Notes under the pieces: generated by a model
The model's input: only the letters and a program-made list of their open reading frames with translations
Told to the model about the DNA's origin: nothing
Databases searched by the model: none
In this document: piece by piece, positions 25,720 through 39,590 of the stretch
Layout of the letters: each line of letters starts with the position of its first letter
How positions within the stretch are numbered: the first letter of the stretch is position 1
NCBI GenBank assembly: GCA_036172245.1
Contig: JAYWIR010000024.1
Coordinates: 744,001-808,000, forward strand
Reading direction: 5' to 3'
DNA from: Raillietiella orientalis
Lineage: Eukaryota
Length of the DNA: 64,000 nucleotides
Made by a program: the position numbers and the translations under genes

Positions 25720-28700
25720 GGCTGGCTTCACAGCTGGAAGGGTCCCGCGATTCCCAACTACAAGCCGCGCGCAGCTCCGTTGCCGTGTGCTGCAGACTCG
25801 GCTACATCGAGATGAGTGTCACCGCCACTGCGTTGAGGAGGCTGCGTGCGTACCCACCACGTTAACCGCGGCTCGTATACGTACCGCCGCGTTCCTCGCT
25901 TCCTCCAGCAGAGGAACGGATGGCGAGTATCCTCCGGCGCTGCTGCCAGTGAGGAGGAAAGGCAGCGCAAGCGATGCCGAAACAGAAAGCAAGAGAAGCA
26001 AAGCAGCGGCAGCGGCGGAAACGGCGAACTTTCGATTCCTGTCGATGCTTCGGGGTGAGATCCGAAATTCCCAATGCCGCCATCGGAAAAAACATCCTCG
26101 CAGCACAGCTTTGTCACCGCGCTTATGACCAGCGGCAGGAATGCCATCGCACCCGCACGTAAATGTGAAACAGCAGAAATGTTCGTAGGATAACTTTCGT
26201 CCGAAATAAGTGATACTGCGGTCTCGCATCCTTCATGCGATCTTCTATGCTCTTCGTAAAGCTCACAGTGGAAAATGTGAGGCCTATCTCATACGGGAGA
26301 AAGCAAAGAAACTTTGTGTCGGAGGAGACGAGCTCAGGCAACAAAATACACTCATTTCTTATATGAGGCAGCCGATGGATCCATTCGCAGGAAGCTTCCG
26401 CACGGCTACGGCTTGTGTGTAACTTCTTACACCTCACCTAGAAATGTTGCTTGCTGAAAGTCTACCGCTCACTTGGATCGAACGGCTTCTCTTCACGGTG
26501 GCACGGTTGGAACCATCAAGCCATAGGTTTTGAACTTAGATCAGTGGGTCCGCTGCAGAATTGGTTTTCCATTCAACAGTCTGTGTTATAGGTGGTTTTC
26601 TAATCGTAATGTAGTCCCTACATAGATGGGGTTCTCAGATTCCTCTTTTACTTGGCAGCAGAGTTCTGGTCTGAAACACGGATGTGCAATCTGACATCTC
26701 GTGTTTTGTTTGAGTTTGCTTTTTAATGTGTGCTTATTTAATTGTTCTGGAAAATTTTCAAACCTGGATACCAATCAGTCAAATCCTGTATTGAACTCAT
26801 CATTTCTATTGCTGAATTGTACTCCTTGTCTTGAAAATTGATCCATTATCATTTCGTCTCACATTTAAGTGTACGACAAAAATTTCCAGGTATCAGTAAA
26901 CTGAAATGGACTTCTTTTTCCATTCTACCAAAAAACAGAATTGGCTTTACCTGAAGCTACACTGTAGATTGACACTAACAGTTTCCTCAATCACAGCTAT
27001 GTATAAAGTTGTGTTCAAGAATAATTTGGAATCTGAAGGGAAAGAAAGGATTCTAAAGTATTCCAAATGAATAGGTAAGAATAACGGAATAGTAAGAATT
27101 ACCACGTAGTGTCTTTAAGAAGGATTGAACATGAGGATGTCATGCAGAAGTATGCAAGAAAATACAGAATAAAGAAAAACACCAGAAAGATATTCTCAAT
27201 GGAATCTTGATAAGAGGATTTTTGCCGTGTCAAAACAGTATGCGATTTCGCTTTTATTTCGCGGCGTTCGAATTAAATCACCAGCACCAAGTTCATTCAA
27301 TTCATCCCAATATTGAGAATAAAATTACTCACTTTCAGTTTGTTTCTGGATGCTAACACTCATAGTTTACTTTATCAATTTATGTGTTGTATTCCTTCCC
27401 AGAAGGCGGTTTTTAACATGCCGTGGATGTGCCTACAAACAAATTTTAAAGAGCTGATTCAAAACAATTGCTCTTCAGTTTAATCCTAAATCATACAGTT
27501 CGAAAATTAAATGTTAACAGGACATGTTTATTTACCTTACATGAATGTAACATTTATGATAATATTTCTGAGAAATTTGGAAAATATGCCTTGATTTATG
27601 CACATGCTAAATTTTTTGATTATTATTAAATATTCAGCATTATATAATGTAGCAATGGAAATCTACGTCAAATAACAAAATCAAAGAAAGCTCCTTTCAA
27701 AGCTCAAAAATTGTCTTACAGATTCTAGTATTTATACTTTATAACGACAAGTGTTGCAATTTCCTTTTCTTTGTATTTACAATTGTGTAAAATTTTATCG
27801 AATTTCACTAAGAGCATTTGGAGTCACTATACAGAGAGTTTTTCGAAAAACATTTCGGGTGATATGTGGGGAACACTGATCAGACGCCTGAATTGAACGT
27901 ATCTCAAATCTGCTTCCTTCCTCTACGTGCTTCGCAAATCTGGAAGTGCTGCATATACATTCCTGCTCTGTGTATCAGTATTTTGTTGACTGTATGCGTC
28001 AACAGACAATCAACATGAATGAGCTACCAAATTTCTCAATTTTGAAAACTCTCAACCATTTCATTTTTCTTTTTTTTTTTAAATTAGCCTTAGCTGATGA
28101 AAACAAAAAACAAAACATGAGGTGACGACAAATAAAAGTTCTCACATTCATTAGCATTATTATTCATGCAAAACTGCCTTTAGTGATTATGAACCTTAAG
28201 AACATTTGATTACAATCTATCTAAGATCTTGTTCACATGCTACGTTTATTCTCAATAGACGCAGTCAGGCTGAAAATTGTCATCAAAAGACAGTATTCTG
28301 GGAAACAAAGGAGCGAGTCTGGAAACTATAGTACTTAGAATTGATCAGTCAGTCTGTTAAATAGTTCCTATCATCTGCAACCTTTGGATTCTTCAAAGGA
28401 ATTATCAAGTAAACCAATTCTCAGTTAGCCAAGTCTTTCACCATACACTCGTTGGAATTTCCTAATCAGTCGCTGACAGCCTTAGGAGTCTGGATATTTC
28501 TGTTGTTTTTATTCTGCCTAGAAAACAAAAATTCTCGATCAAATGTTGAATTTTGCCTGCTTCCTCACCAAATCATGCTTGTTCTCATGATCCCTCGACT
28601 TCACACTGAATGCGGAGCAAAGTCTTCCCGGAATCCTCCGCGAACATTCGAGGCCCTTCGAAGAGCACTGGCTCTGTAGTTGCATCTCGACGTTTCGTAA

Positions 28701-31700
28701 GTGCGGCATGGAATTCATTCAGCTCCAGGTTCGCCATTTTGCTCCATCTTGCCACCCGGCCGGACCACCCACAAGCCCTACAGCTCTGGACCCGTCATCA
28801 ACTGCAAACTTGTGGAGAAATGTAGGCACAGGATGTTGCCTCTTTTGGTCACCTCCACCAATGACACTTGCTGGCTACTGATGCGCCCTACAAGGAGCAG
28901 GCTCATAGTTCATTCTCTTTCCTTCAAACTCTCCGTGACAGCACAACAGAATCGCATTTTTTGTCGAACTTACGGTACGTGTTGTACTGGCGTACGTTCT
29001 CGAATTGCCAGGGGTAGCAGAATCTTCCCTCTGTCATCCTTGCTAACCACAGGGCGGAATGAGACTGAATCCTTTCCATTTTAAAGACATGCCATTTCGG
29101 AAGAAGGAAAGAACGGATGATGCGCTGGAACTCAGTACATGGCGTTCGCATCTGATGAGCGGTCACTTTCAGGAAGAAGGGGAAAAGTTTCTCAAATCCA
29201 CTCCGGCGCTTCTTGCTTCCCAATGCCCCTGGTTCGCCTTTCATGCTTGAGAGAATGAGATTACATGTGCATCCGTATTGCTGCAAGCTTGCACCGCGCG
29301 GGATCCTCTTTCCAGCCTCTAGCCTCCTGCCATGTCACTGAAGGTGAGCATTCATGACCTTCAGGCCAAAAAAGAGGCAACCTCATCGCAATACCCCAAT
29401 TACACAAGAGGAAGAGTAACACTCTTACACCTAATGCACAACAAAGACAACCTGAACAAAAGCTTCAACGACGATGGACGCCATCTTTCCAAGTGGAGAC
29501 TTCTCCACTTTCTTTCAGGCACAGTCTACAAGGAACTGCCTGTCCACCGCGGTTCCTTCTGTGCAAGTGGTGAACTCATGAGCTTGTTGTACTGCGTGTA
29601 CCCGCATGAGTGCTTAATAGAGCAAGTTGATAGATCTGTTTGTAGATGTGAAGGGATCCAGGAAAGGGGAACCTCCACTATTAGACTGTATGCCAAACCT
29701 CCGCTAGAAATTCAACGACCAGACCGGTGTTTCGCGTGTGGATGTAACAGGAAGATCTCGGAAGGCGCCGCATAGCCTCCATCCTCCTATACATTACCCG
29801 GTTCCTGACTTTTGATGACATGCAGAAAATGGCTTTTCGCGTTAAACCGTCCTTTAGCGGCCAGTAAAAAATACATGGTCACCGACCTCGCCTGGAACAA
29901 TACGCTCTGCAAAGTCCGGTCGATCTCTGTGTAGAGGATCGTAATGCAGATGAGAGAGTCCTGTGCTGCAAGCCTGTCCTTCAGAATGCGTCGTCGTTAC
30001 CATTAATAAGTAAGCACACTGCAGTTGAAGTGTGGGAACAAACCAGGTCAGACACCTCTCAAAACGACTAAAAAGAATCCGAGGGCTAACAATCCTGGAA
30101 GATGAGTGTTCCATCTTTTGAGTGCTGCTTAGTTGTCCACACCATGGCGATCACCGCAATCCATGCTCACTTCCCCAGCTTTTAGTGGAGAGGCATTTCT
30201 TTGGAAGGATTTTGCATGTTTTCAAGATCTTGCCCTATCGTCTTTCGAATGCTTCTCAAACGAATCTGTTTCTTCCCAGCTCGTTCGCACTTCTGTATGT
30301 AGCAACACAGCACATTATTCATTGTAAAGTGTGGATCCCACTACCCACTGCCATCGGCGCCACTAAAATTCTCTGCTTCTACGTTTCACCTTCAACATTT
30401 TCCGTAGTTTCCACTATGAGGTCAACGCCCCTTTTACGCTGACCGCTTTCCTAGTCTACGGTGACCATCTTCCAGCAAGTAGCCATCCTACTTGCTTTCC
30501 AACATTTACTGACAAATGCGAGATTACCTTTCCTACATTAATAAGTAAGCACTCTGGAAAACGATACTTGGATTGAGGAATTCACATTTGCGGAAATTCA
30601 CCGTGATTCACAAGCCTTTTGAAGGCAGTTGGGTGGTGAATCGAAATGTGTGTTGATCTGTTAGTCAGAATTGACCAGAATGTTGAATTTTCTTGAGCAG
30701 ACTAAGCCTTCCAGAATTTTTGAGAGATGAGGACTAACTCTTGTGTAAAGCAGATCGAACTCCAATCAGCAGTTACAAAAAACCTGTTACAACTCTTGCT
30801 AAAGCTAAAAGAAAGTGAAAATCTACCTATCCGTTCCGTCCAGCTTGTTTAGATATGGCACAGTGCCCTCGCCTATTTGAAGCTTTCAAATGACAAAATT
30901 TCATCGACTAGTAACGTTCTTTAAATGAGAAGCAAAGAAAAGAATGTGCGTAGACGACATAAACACTTGATTACACAGATACACCAAAGTTGTACACCTA
31001 TTTTGTTTATAAGAAATTTGCAGTAATCCCAAGTTCTTAAAGCGACAGTATCGATACTGTGCAATAATAAATAAGGGATCATGTGATTTATACAATATGT
31101 ACCATGAATGATCATTCATAAAATTTTCACTAACTGTATGCATCTTTTGAGGCCTGTGTACTTGAATCAAAGATTAGGAGTAACTCCAAATCCTCACTCT
31201 TTCGGTTTTTAACTTATGATGAGCACTCCAATTTATTTTTACCCATAGTAATAACACAGATAAAGGAATGAAATCCTAAAGGAATCTCAAAAGCTTTTGA
31301 ACTAAAGACGCACTGATTTCCAAAGAATACGTAAAATATTATGAATCGTGAAAAACAAAAGTTCAGATAAAGAAGAATGCTGTAATAAAGTGGACGCAAT
31401 ACTTTCAACAGAATTTCTGTGATGCTTTCTTTTAAAAACAGAATTATATTTACAATTATTATCAATTACAATAATCGCCTATAGATAAGGAGGTAGCTCC
31501 CAAGCATTTAGAAAACGGCAGTGGAATGTCAGTCGAATTTTCTGAATGTTTGTTCACAGAAGAACCGAACGAATAATCAAATGTTCAGAAAGTTTTTTTG
31601 GGTTTTCAAGAAAACCATTGATCTCACAATAGTTTCTTTAATCTGCAATCTATTAAAAATGTTCAAGCGAGCTTGAAAGACAAATTTTAAAATTTTAACA

Positions 31701-34700
31701 GAAGAGATATGTTTTCAGCATTTATTTCAAACGATGTTATAGAATCCTATTTCCCTACTGAATTTAGATTCATTCATTACTGATAATAATATTGTTTTCA
31801 CATTAACATGAGATGTTTCGTTCAATGGTAACAGATGTTCGTATCCGATAATAATGTGATTATTTTTCATTCTAGAAATTTAGAATTCTGACTGAATCAT
31901 TGCATATTCGATTTTAATCTGCAGCAACGCTCTGTAACTTCATTCAAATTTGCGTTCGAAAATTGTTTCATCTCTGTGTTCTCTTGAAATCTCTAAAGCT
32001 TTCTGATCCTCTTCTAAAGCTCTTCGTTTGTAGCTTTAAAAACTTCATTATAAAAAATTGAAATCACAAAATGAAAAAAAAGAAGCTTTTCAATGATTTT
32101 TTCTGCAGTTGGTAAATAAAACATGGATTTATAAGTTGAGAAGTAAAGCCCAGACTTTAGTCAGAATTCCCATTTCATAAGGGTTCTGGACGAATTTAAT
32201 ACCATAAGCAAGCAATGTAAAAAATCTTGAAAGTTCACATAATTTCTTGTAACCAGTTACGCACAGCTCATGAGCTTCATCATTAATCATTCTGGATTAT
32301 GACATCTCTCTCTAAGGATGCCTATTCATCCTAGATCCACTGCTTTGTTAGATGTTCCCCGACTGGGTTCTATATTAATTTGTTATTCTAAATGCATGGA
32401 AATAATGAGGAGAATCAACAGATAAGTGATATGATATTTACACCGTCAATTACTTAGAAACGAATTAAAAATATACTTCACTCAGCATTGATTTCGAAGC
32501 TTTATTGAAAATTGAAATTATTATCATTATAAATTATAAATCATCGCTATAAACTTGGCTTGGATCTTGGAGGCTACTATACATCGTATTTCACCCTACT
32601 GAAATATGGTTAAGATGTAATAATTATAAGAAGCACCCGCGTTGGTTTTTGTTTTACAAATTGAGTTTCGAATCTGTTAGTTTTAGAGGTTCGCTTAGAA
32701 CCGCTTGCTTTTCTTTTCTCTTATTTCTTAACGATGATGTGAACTTATTCCAAGTAAGACAGATCTACTTTCCCGCTTATCCAAATAATCCCTATGTAAC
32801 TTGGTTTAAAAAGATTTAGAAGCCTGAAACTTAGAATTCAAACTTTCTGTGCCTTCACAAGGTCGCGCTCACTTGTTTTCTATGAGTAATCTATTTTTAT
32901 TCTATTTTTATAACGCATCGAAATAAGGACACAAGTTGTAAAAGCATCTCTACAGAAATCCCAACGAACGAATTCACAACACACGATGAAGAAGATCCTT
33001 TATTCAGCACAATGTTTTACTAACCTATTTGCGTGAATGTGGAGGAATGTGGACCACCAAAATTATTTGAAAGGATGGCTGCTTTAAAGTCGGTGCAAGG
33101 CCCTACTCTACTACACTTTCAGGAGTCATTCGATTTTAATTCAAGGTTATTCTTTCTGTTTGCATCTTGTATTGTACTCCATCGCTTAATTATTTAGGCC
33201 AATGTAGTGTTTTGAAAAACATTAGGCATTCAAAGTGTAGTAATAGAAAGACTAATAGAAAGATTTATGATGAGATATGAAGGAAAGCGTAACAGCTTGG
33301 GTAGAATTTTAAGCCAAAATCGAATATTCGCGGATGAATACTTAAGAGAAGAAAACCATAGAAGAACACTTTTAATAGAAGTATTTAACTCCTATTTGCT
33401 ATTATGGCTCAGTGGCAATGAGCTAATTTTTTTCTTTTTTTTCAAAATTTGATCTGCAATAAATGATTCTGTAGAATTCGTACAATGCGTGTAACTAAAC
33501 TAGAAAAGCTAGACGCTGTGTTAAAAGGATCAAGATTTTTGACCGTCTTGAGCTCACTACTCATCGAAAAACCGGGAGGTTTTTTACATGCAAATAAAAC
33601 TGAACGAGTCATGCATTTTTTAAAGAATGGCTCGCATATTCTCAATTTCACCAAGACATCGGAGAGCTAAATGCATAATGATAAGTAGAGCTGGAAGAGA
33701 GTGAAATCACGGGAAGTCACTGTGAATTGTTTTGGCACGGTCAAGTAGACTCCCTGCACGTTGATCTCAGCCAAAAGGCCGAGGAACGATGGCTCAGTTG
33801 TGGATAAGTGGTGGTTACTTGTCGTAGGGACTGTGACCCGTGGAAAAATGTGTAACAAGTGAGACTGACCCACTTGATGTATTTACAAGCTGTCACTCTT
33901 GCTGAGCGAATAAATCCAGGGCTTATGGTGCTGATAAAGATGTGCAGAATTCGTTTCATGACAGTGTCAGGGAAGTTCTCATAGGGGTTACAGATTAAGT
34001 GTTAACGAGGTTAGAATGAGTAAATATTGTTTTGTGACTGCCTCAATTATTCTCTTATCCTGAAATGTTCCCATTTTAAAAAGAGGCGGATGAAGTCAGC
34101 CGAACAGGGCACTTGTAAAGTTCAGTTCCTCCGAGAGGAGTTTCTGTCAGGCAACGTTTTCAGCTCTTTGTCATGTGCTGTTACCTGCACCCATGCATAA
34201 TGGTGTTATCCAGAATTTGGAATGTTATTCCAGAAAACCTTTCCACAGAACGTTGACCCTTGAAGTCTTTTACTACTACTATGGTGCAGTTTTTTAATAA
34301 TTTCCTTAATGGTTTCGTAAATGACTGTGTTAAGAATCAAATAATAAGTCTTAGATAGAACATTATGCCCTACTATTATGTTAAAAGACAAGAAAAGAAG
34401 AGCTAGAGGAAATTCATTGTATTCTGAGAATGTTGAAGGATATTAAATTGGGTTCTAGGATTGGCTAAGTGCAGATTCTGCCTCGCCTTCTGCATCACTG
34501 CTTTACACGAACAGTAATTTATGTAATCCTTTTTAGCTTTTATTCAGCAAAAGATTCCAAGTTGTCTCTTACCTTTCAAAGAAAGATAAACCCTGCAAAG
34601 CAGCAGACTTAAGTTCATTTAAGAATATGCAAAATGTTGCATATCACACATTGTACTAAGATATATGTGGAAATACTGTGCTTGACGAGAACTACAGATG

Positions 34701-34805
34701 TTCTGAAAAGTGAGGATGATTCACTTTCTACTGTCCAGTGTAGTAGACTGACTTGTATCCTGTTGATAAATTGATTAACTTTCATGCTCTTTCCTCATAG
34801 GCTGG

Positions 34806-34853
34806 AAATCAAAAAACCTTTGCATGTACTTCCATGCAAAGGTTTTTTGATTT
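34806..34853. repeat. Perfect 21-bp inverted repeat with 6-nt loop
   Basis: AAATCAAAAAACCTTTGCATG-TACTTC-CATGCAAAGGTTTTTTGATTT. Confidence 0.95.
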
Positions 34854-34929
34854 ATAATACAAACAGCTCTATTCAAAAAAATATAAAATCGGGTGTTTAT
34901 TGTAATTTCACTAATTTAGTTCAGTGCTC

Positions 34930-37042
34930 TTATTGAAACTCGGCATATGTCCACTGATGTAATACAGGCGTGAATTTAAAAAGATCTGGCTGTCCTTCAT
35001 GACTAGTGTTGTTACTAAAATCAGAAGTACTCCACTGAAATGGAGGAAGTGGATCATATGTTGGTCCCGAAACTGCAATAAATTCCAGCGTTTGGAACAT
35101 GGTCCAAGTAGTGATTTTCATATCAGTTCCTCCATGAGGCCTATGTCCCAATGCACTAAATGGATATGTACCATTCTTCCAATTAAGGTCATTTCTGGCA
35201 GAAATGGCATTTTCAGCGCTATACGGAGGTGTACACTCACAATGGGATAAAGGATCCATGGTGAAATTATTGTATCTACACAAAAATTATGTATAATGAT
35301 TAGGCCAGCTCACCTCATTAGCTTAATCATGCTCTGCATATCAACCACATTCTGATGGTCTCTTTGAAACATGACAGCTCGAGGTGTAGCATTGTACGTG
35401 AACCAATCTCCATATTGGTGAACAAGAGCTTGGAATCCACCTCTTTCAAATACATCATTGAAATACCTGAATGCAGCTTGCTATGAGGTCAAAGGAAAAT
35501 GTTTACTTACGGGACATTGTAGCTGGGCCAATAACTCTGTTTTCTTAAAATACCAGTCAGGTCTTTGGAGTGAGTGAAACCTGGTAGCTGTTCCAATACC
35601 CACAGAAGGCCATCCTAAAAAATTAAGGGATAACAATGTAATGCTTCAATACATGCTAAGTAATTCTTACTGGTAGATGTTTGGCTCTTGGACTGAACAG
35701 TTTATAATCTACTATCATCCATTGATTGTTGTATGTGCCACTGTTGTATATCTTGAACAATTTTGTCCATTCTTTGCCATTTGTAGCCAATCGATTGGCC
35801 ACTAATAAGCGTATCCATTCCCACACATGATCTTTAGGGAAGATGTACTTCCATATCTGTGGATTAAAGTTACCCAGTGTTGTTTCCATGGCTGCCTGCA
35901 ACCCACGTGCACTACAAGTTTTTCTCTGCATCTTAATCTATACCAGTCCTGAAGAGAGTAGCATAAAATCATCCTGAGAAAACAAGCTGCCAGGATATGA
36001 TGAGAATGTCATTCTGTAACCAGGAATTATAGGTGATACCAGACTGTGGTTAACATTCAGTTTTAGCAAATAGTTCTTTAGAATCCTTGTCATTGAGGAA
36101 TAGCTGCAAGAGATACACATTAAGAAAAAAAGTAAGAAAGAAAAAACATATTTATGTAGAACACACACTTATATGTAGTTTTGAACGAATTTCATTTTTA
36201 AAACAAGAACTCACTGATTCCAAGTAACATGTGAAGTTAGCAAATCTTCATTTCCTTTCAGTATCTTAATCAGTGCAGAACAGGATCCTCTACCTATCCT
36301 CAAGGGACTAAGAGTTAGATTAGGATTTAGAGCAGGCTCTAAATCTTCCATATCTCCACGCAGATTCATCCACCTGCACAACTTCAGTTAAGTTAGACAC
36401 GCTCAATCCCATACTTCCTCACAGAAAGTCTGTGAAATTCAGTGGCTGTTTCTGATAAGATTCAGACTGGGAATAACCATATGCCAAGCCTCGCAGCTGT
36501 TCCAATATTAAATGCACCTGTAGAAGTAGTGTTTCTCAATGTACTTTAGGATTTGCATTACCTGGTACCAGTAGGAATCTTTCATGATGCTACTTTCTAT
36601 TGTCTTGCTCATCCAATCCAAGTTATCATAAATAAATGCACTCATTTTGTTACAGATATCTGTTTTATTAATGCAGAACTGCTTATTGGTATTGTTCCAA
36701 AACTGACTGATTAGTTCATGAGTTAGAAAGCCTTCTGCAATCCCAGCTGCATATGATTGAAGTGCATTTTTATATATTGGATTAGTCTGGACTTCAAAAT
36801 AACTCCATCTGAATTAGATTTATTCATTTTGAAGTATAACTAATAAACAGTTACCCTGTTTCTATAATAGAATTATTGAATTTGCCTCTGGAAGTCCAGG
36901 AATCTATAAATGTTGAACTCAACACAAAAGAACCTCCTTCTTTTTTGACATATACTTCAGTTACATTTTTGCTACATTGCAACAATGTTATCTCAATGAG
37001 GAAAACAAAATAAGTAAAAGAATTTGGCATTATTCTTTTCAT
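34930..37042 (-). CDS. PLBD2: Phospholipase B-like 2 (Ntn-hydrolase, lama-like), multi-exon
   Basis: Signal-peptide-like N-terminus, then GRGSCSALIKILKGNEDLLTSHVTWN (autocatalytic Cys), FSSYPGSLFSQDDF, METTLGN, ANRLATNGKEW...YNSGTYNNQWMIVDY, YWPSYNVPYF, TPRAVMFQRDH, RYNNFTMDPLS...AISARNDLN...HRPHGGTDMK, HEGQPD. Confidence 0.92.
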
Positions 37043-38545
37043 ATTATAGCAGGGTAGTTTAAGCTTTGAGATTTTTGATATGTAACCATCTCTGAGTATC
37101 AGATATGATAATCTGTATCTTTTCTTATAAATATAGTAGTATCGGAGATCTGGGAAAACCAATATTCAAATTTTCATACGACAGACTGCATTATTCTTCA
37201 TATCTCACAGATTGACAATTTCATAATAACCTTTGCATTTGACAATTATGTTTGTCAACTGCGTTTTTTACAACTACTAGGATTTATTTTTTAGATTTAC
37301 CATGAGTAGAATTTCTGATGGTATCGGATGATCATTTGAAATACGCGAACGTTTTCACAATCACGTTTTCCGCTTTGGTTTCCATTACCCCTACCTACTG
37401 AAATCCAAAACATCAAACATTTCCCCTTTTTAGATATTTCTTTTCCCATTTGGGTATCTTTGTGGTAGTATACTTTGCAACGTTATGCACTTTACACGTG
37501 CATTCAATCTTTAAGTCCTACATAACGCATTCCATCGATCAATGACTTCAAAATATCAAAACTTTCTCAAGTGAATGAGATATAGGGGTCAAAAGGATGC
37601 AGGATGTGAAAACATGCTTTCGATAAAACATTCCGTACGACGAAAAACACAATAGGAGGGGCAACAAAGCAGAGTTGCACAGTAGGGAAGAATGAACTAG
37701 AATGGAGTGAAACCTATGAGGCTCCTGAACGTTTCCTTGAATTAGAAGAATGGTATGCAGATTTATTCGCACATGAACACACGGGAATCGACAGAAACAC
37801 ATTCGAGGAGGTGGGTTTGAAATGGGAGTTGGCAAGAACTCTGAAACTTGCAGCGAAAATTTCACGTTCTTGTGTGCCACTGCAATGAATGCAGCTCTCA
37901 AGGCTTCAAGAACGGCAAACCCAAGGTCGGCATAGCGGCAGATGAACGAGGGTTCCCCCACCGAACTTCACCGATAAAAAGGAAAACAAAATGAGACCTG
38001 GTTGTGTGTTTGACCTCTTGTCATTCAAGGCACACGCACGCGTCTGCAGCGAAGTCGCGGGGCGGTTGCATCACCATTCAAGCAGTTGCGCCCCACTGCG
38101 ATCAGACCCATTCCGCGGATGCTGCGTGGGCGTGCCGCTCGGGATTTCCGTAGCGGTGGGGGTGTCCTTGGCGGCGTACAGATTGGACAGATCCAGTAAA
38201 CTGCCGCGATCATCTCCCGCTCCTCGCCTTCGCCACTGAATCCCATCCGGACCGCGCTCCTCGCCATCCGTACCTTTCCGGTATTCTTGATTTGCATCTT
38301 CGAAGAAATTGCCGGTCTTTTCGTCTTATCCTGAGAAGTGATATATGGAATGCTTCCAACGAAGGTGATCGGACGCACTTGGAGAGACTACGCCACTACT
38401 CGAGCACTGGGCAGATGATCGAGAAGCTGATTGCCAGTATGCTTCAGCTACTAATTCGGTCTCCTCAAAAGAGTACGGAATCGGATCAGTGCCACGAAGT
38501 GACATTCTCGGTGTCTTTCCGCGACAGTGTCACATTGAAAGCATC

Positions 38546-39091
38546 AATCACGGAGTGGGAAAGTTCCCCCTCCGGTTGTGAAGGAGCGGACCCCCATTCC
38601 GGGGGGGATCCCTCCGCGTCGAACTGATGGTCACCACCACCTCTCCAGAGAGTGAAGAGCAGCGAGCCGATCCCTTCAGGGAAGCTGAGTCCTTCTGAAT
38701 TTCGGAAGCGTCCCTTCTTCAGAGGAGTAAAAACAGGAGCGGATCCCTTGCGGGGGATCCCTCCGGAGAAGAAATTCCAGGATCGGATCCTTTCCGGGTT
38801 CCCTTTAGAAGAGAAAGAATGAAGAGAACCCTCCCCTGAGGGTCCTCCGGAGAGCATAAGGAAGGAGATTTCCTTCTGGCTTCCCCTTCGGAGACAACCA
38901 AGGTGGAGGTGATCTCCATTTCCGGGGATCCCTACCCAGGAGTGGGAGAAACGGACTCAGAGTCCTTCCTGGATTCATAGCGCGGACACCCCATCCTGGG
39001 GTATCCCTATCTTGAAGAAATTACCCACCCTCGGGTGGCGTGGAACCGTTTCGAAGAACTGCGAAGACAGAATGAACGATTTCCATCATCC
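38546..39091 (-). repeat. Dispersed GC-rich repeat, copy A
   Basis: Reverse complement aligns by eye to 42316-42885, sharing the core GGAATTTCTTCTCCGGAGGGATCCCCCGCAAGGGATCCGCTCCTG. Confidence 0.9.
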
Positions 39092-39590
39092 TAGGCCAAT
39101 AGTAACGATTCAACAAAATCAGATCATAAGAGGATGAAACTGGAACCGGGGAGTGAGTCTCGCGAAACGGTGGGAAAAGCCTCAGCACTGCCTCCATTCT
39201 CATCCAGCTGAAGTTTCCATCTGCAAATGGCAATAGAGGCGATGGCTCATTCCGAAGAAAGATAAGAGTGAACTGGGAAGCCCCAAAGACTGAATTACTG
39301 AGATAACGGACTCGGAGATGTTGGCATGTGAACCGTGAAAGCTCGGCATTCACTCGTTTGGTGCTGGTCAGATGTTCGAGATCATTTCCCGAATCCTCCT
39401 GGATGAGGTGTCCTGATGGCTCTTGTCGAAACACGATGCTAAACTGGATCTTCAATCAAGCTTCCGAACAAGACAGCAGCGGACCTCCACTGTATCATGT
39501 CTCGCCGCCTCCCTTTAATCCTAACGAACCCTGTCCATTGCGTTTACGTGCAGTTCTTATCCCTACCACCGCAAAAGAGAAGGAGCATTG

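Noticed and set aside
39085..39130. Gypsy integrase remnant (LNRYYWPRM)
   Set aside because: Only a single short motif. No convincing HHCC spacing or DDE core.
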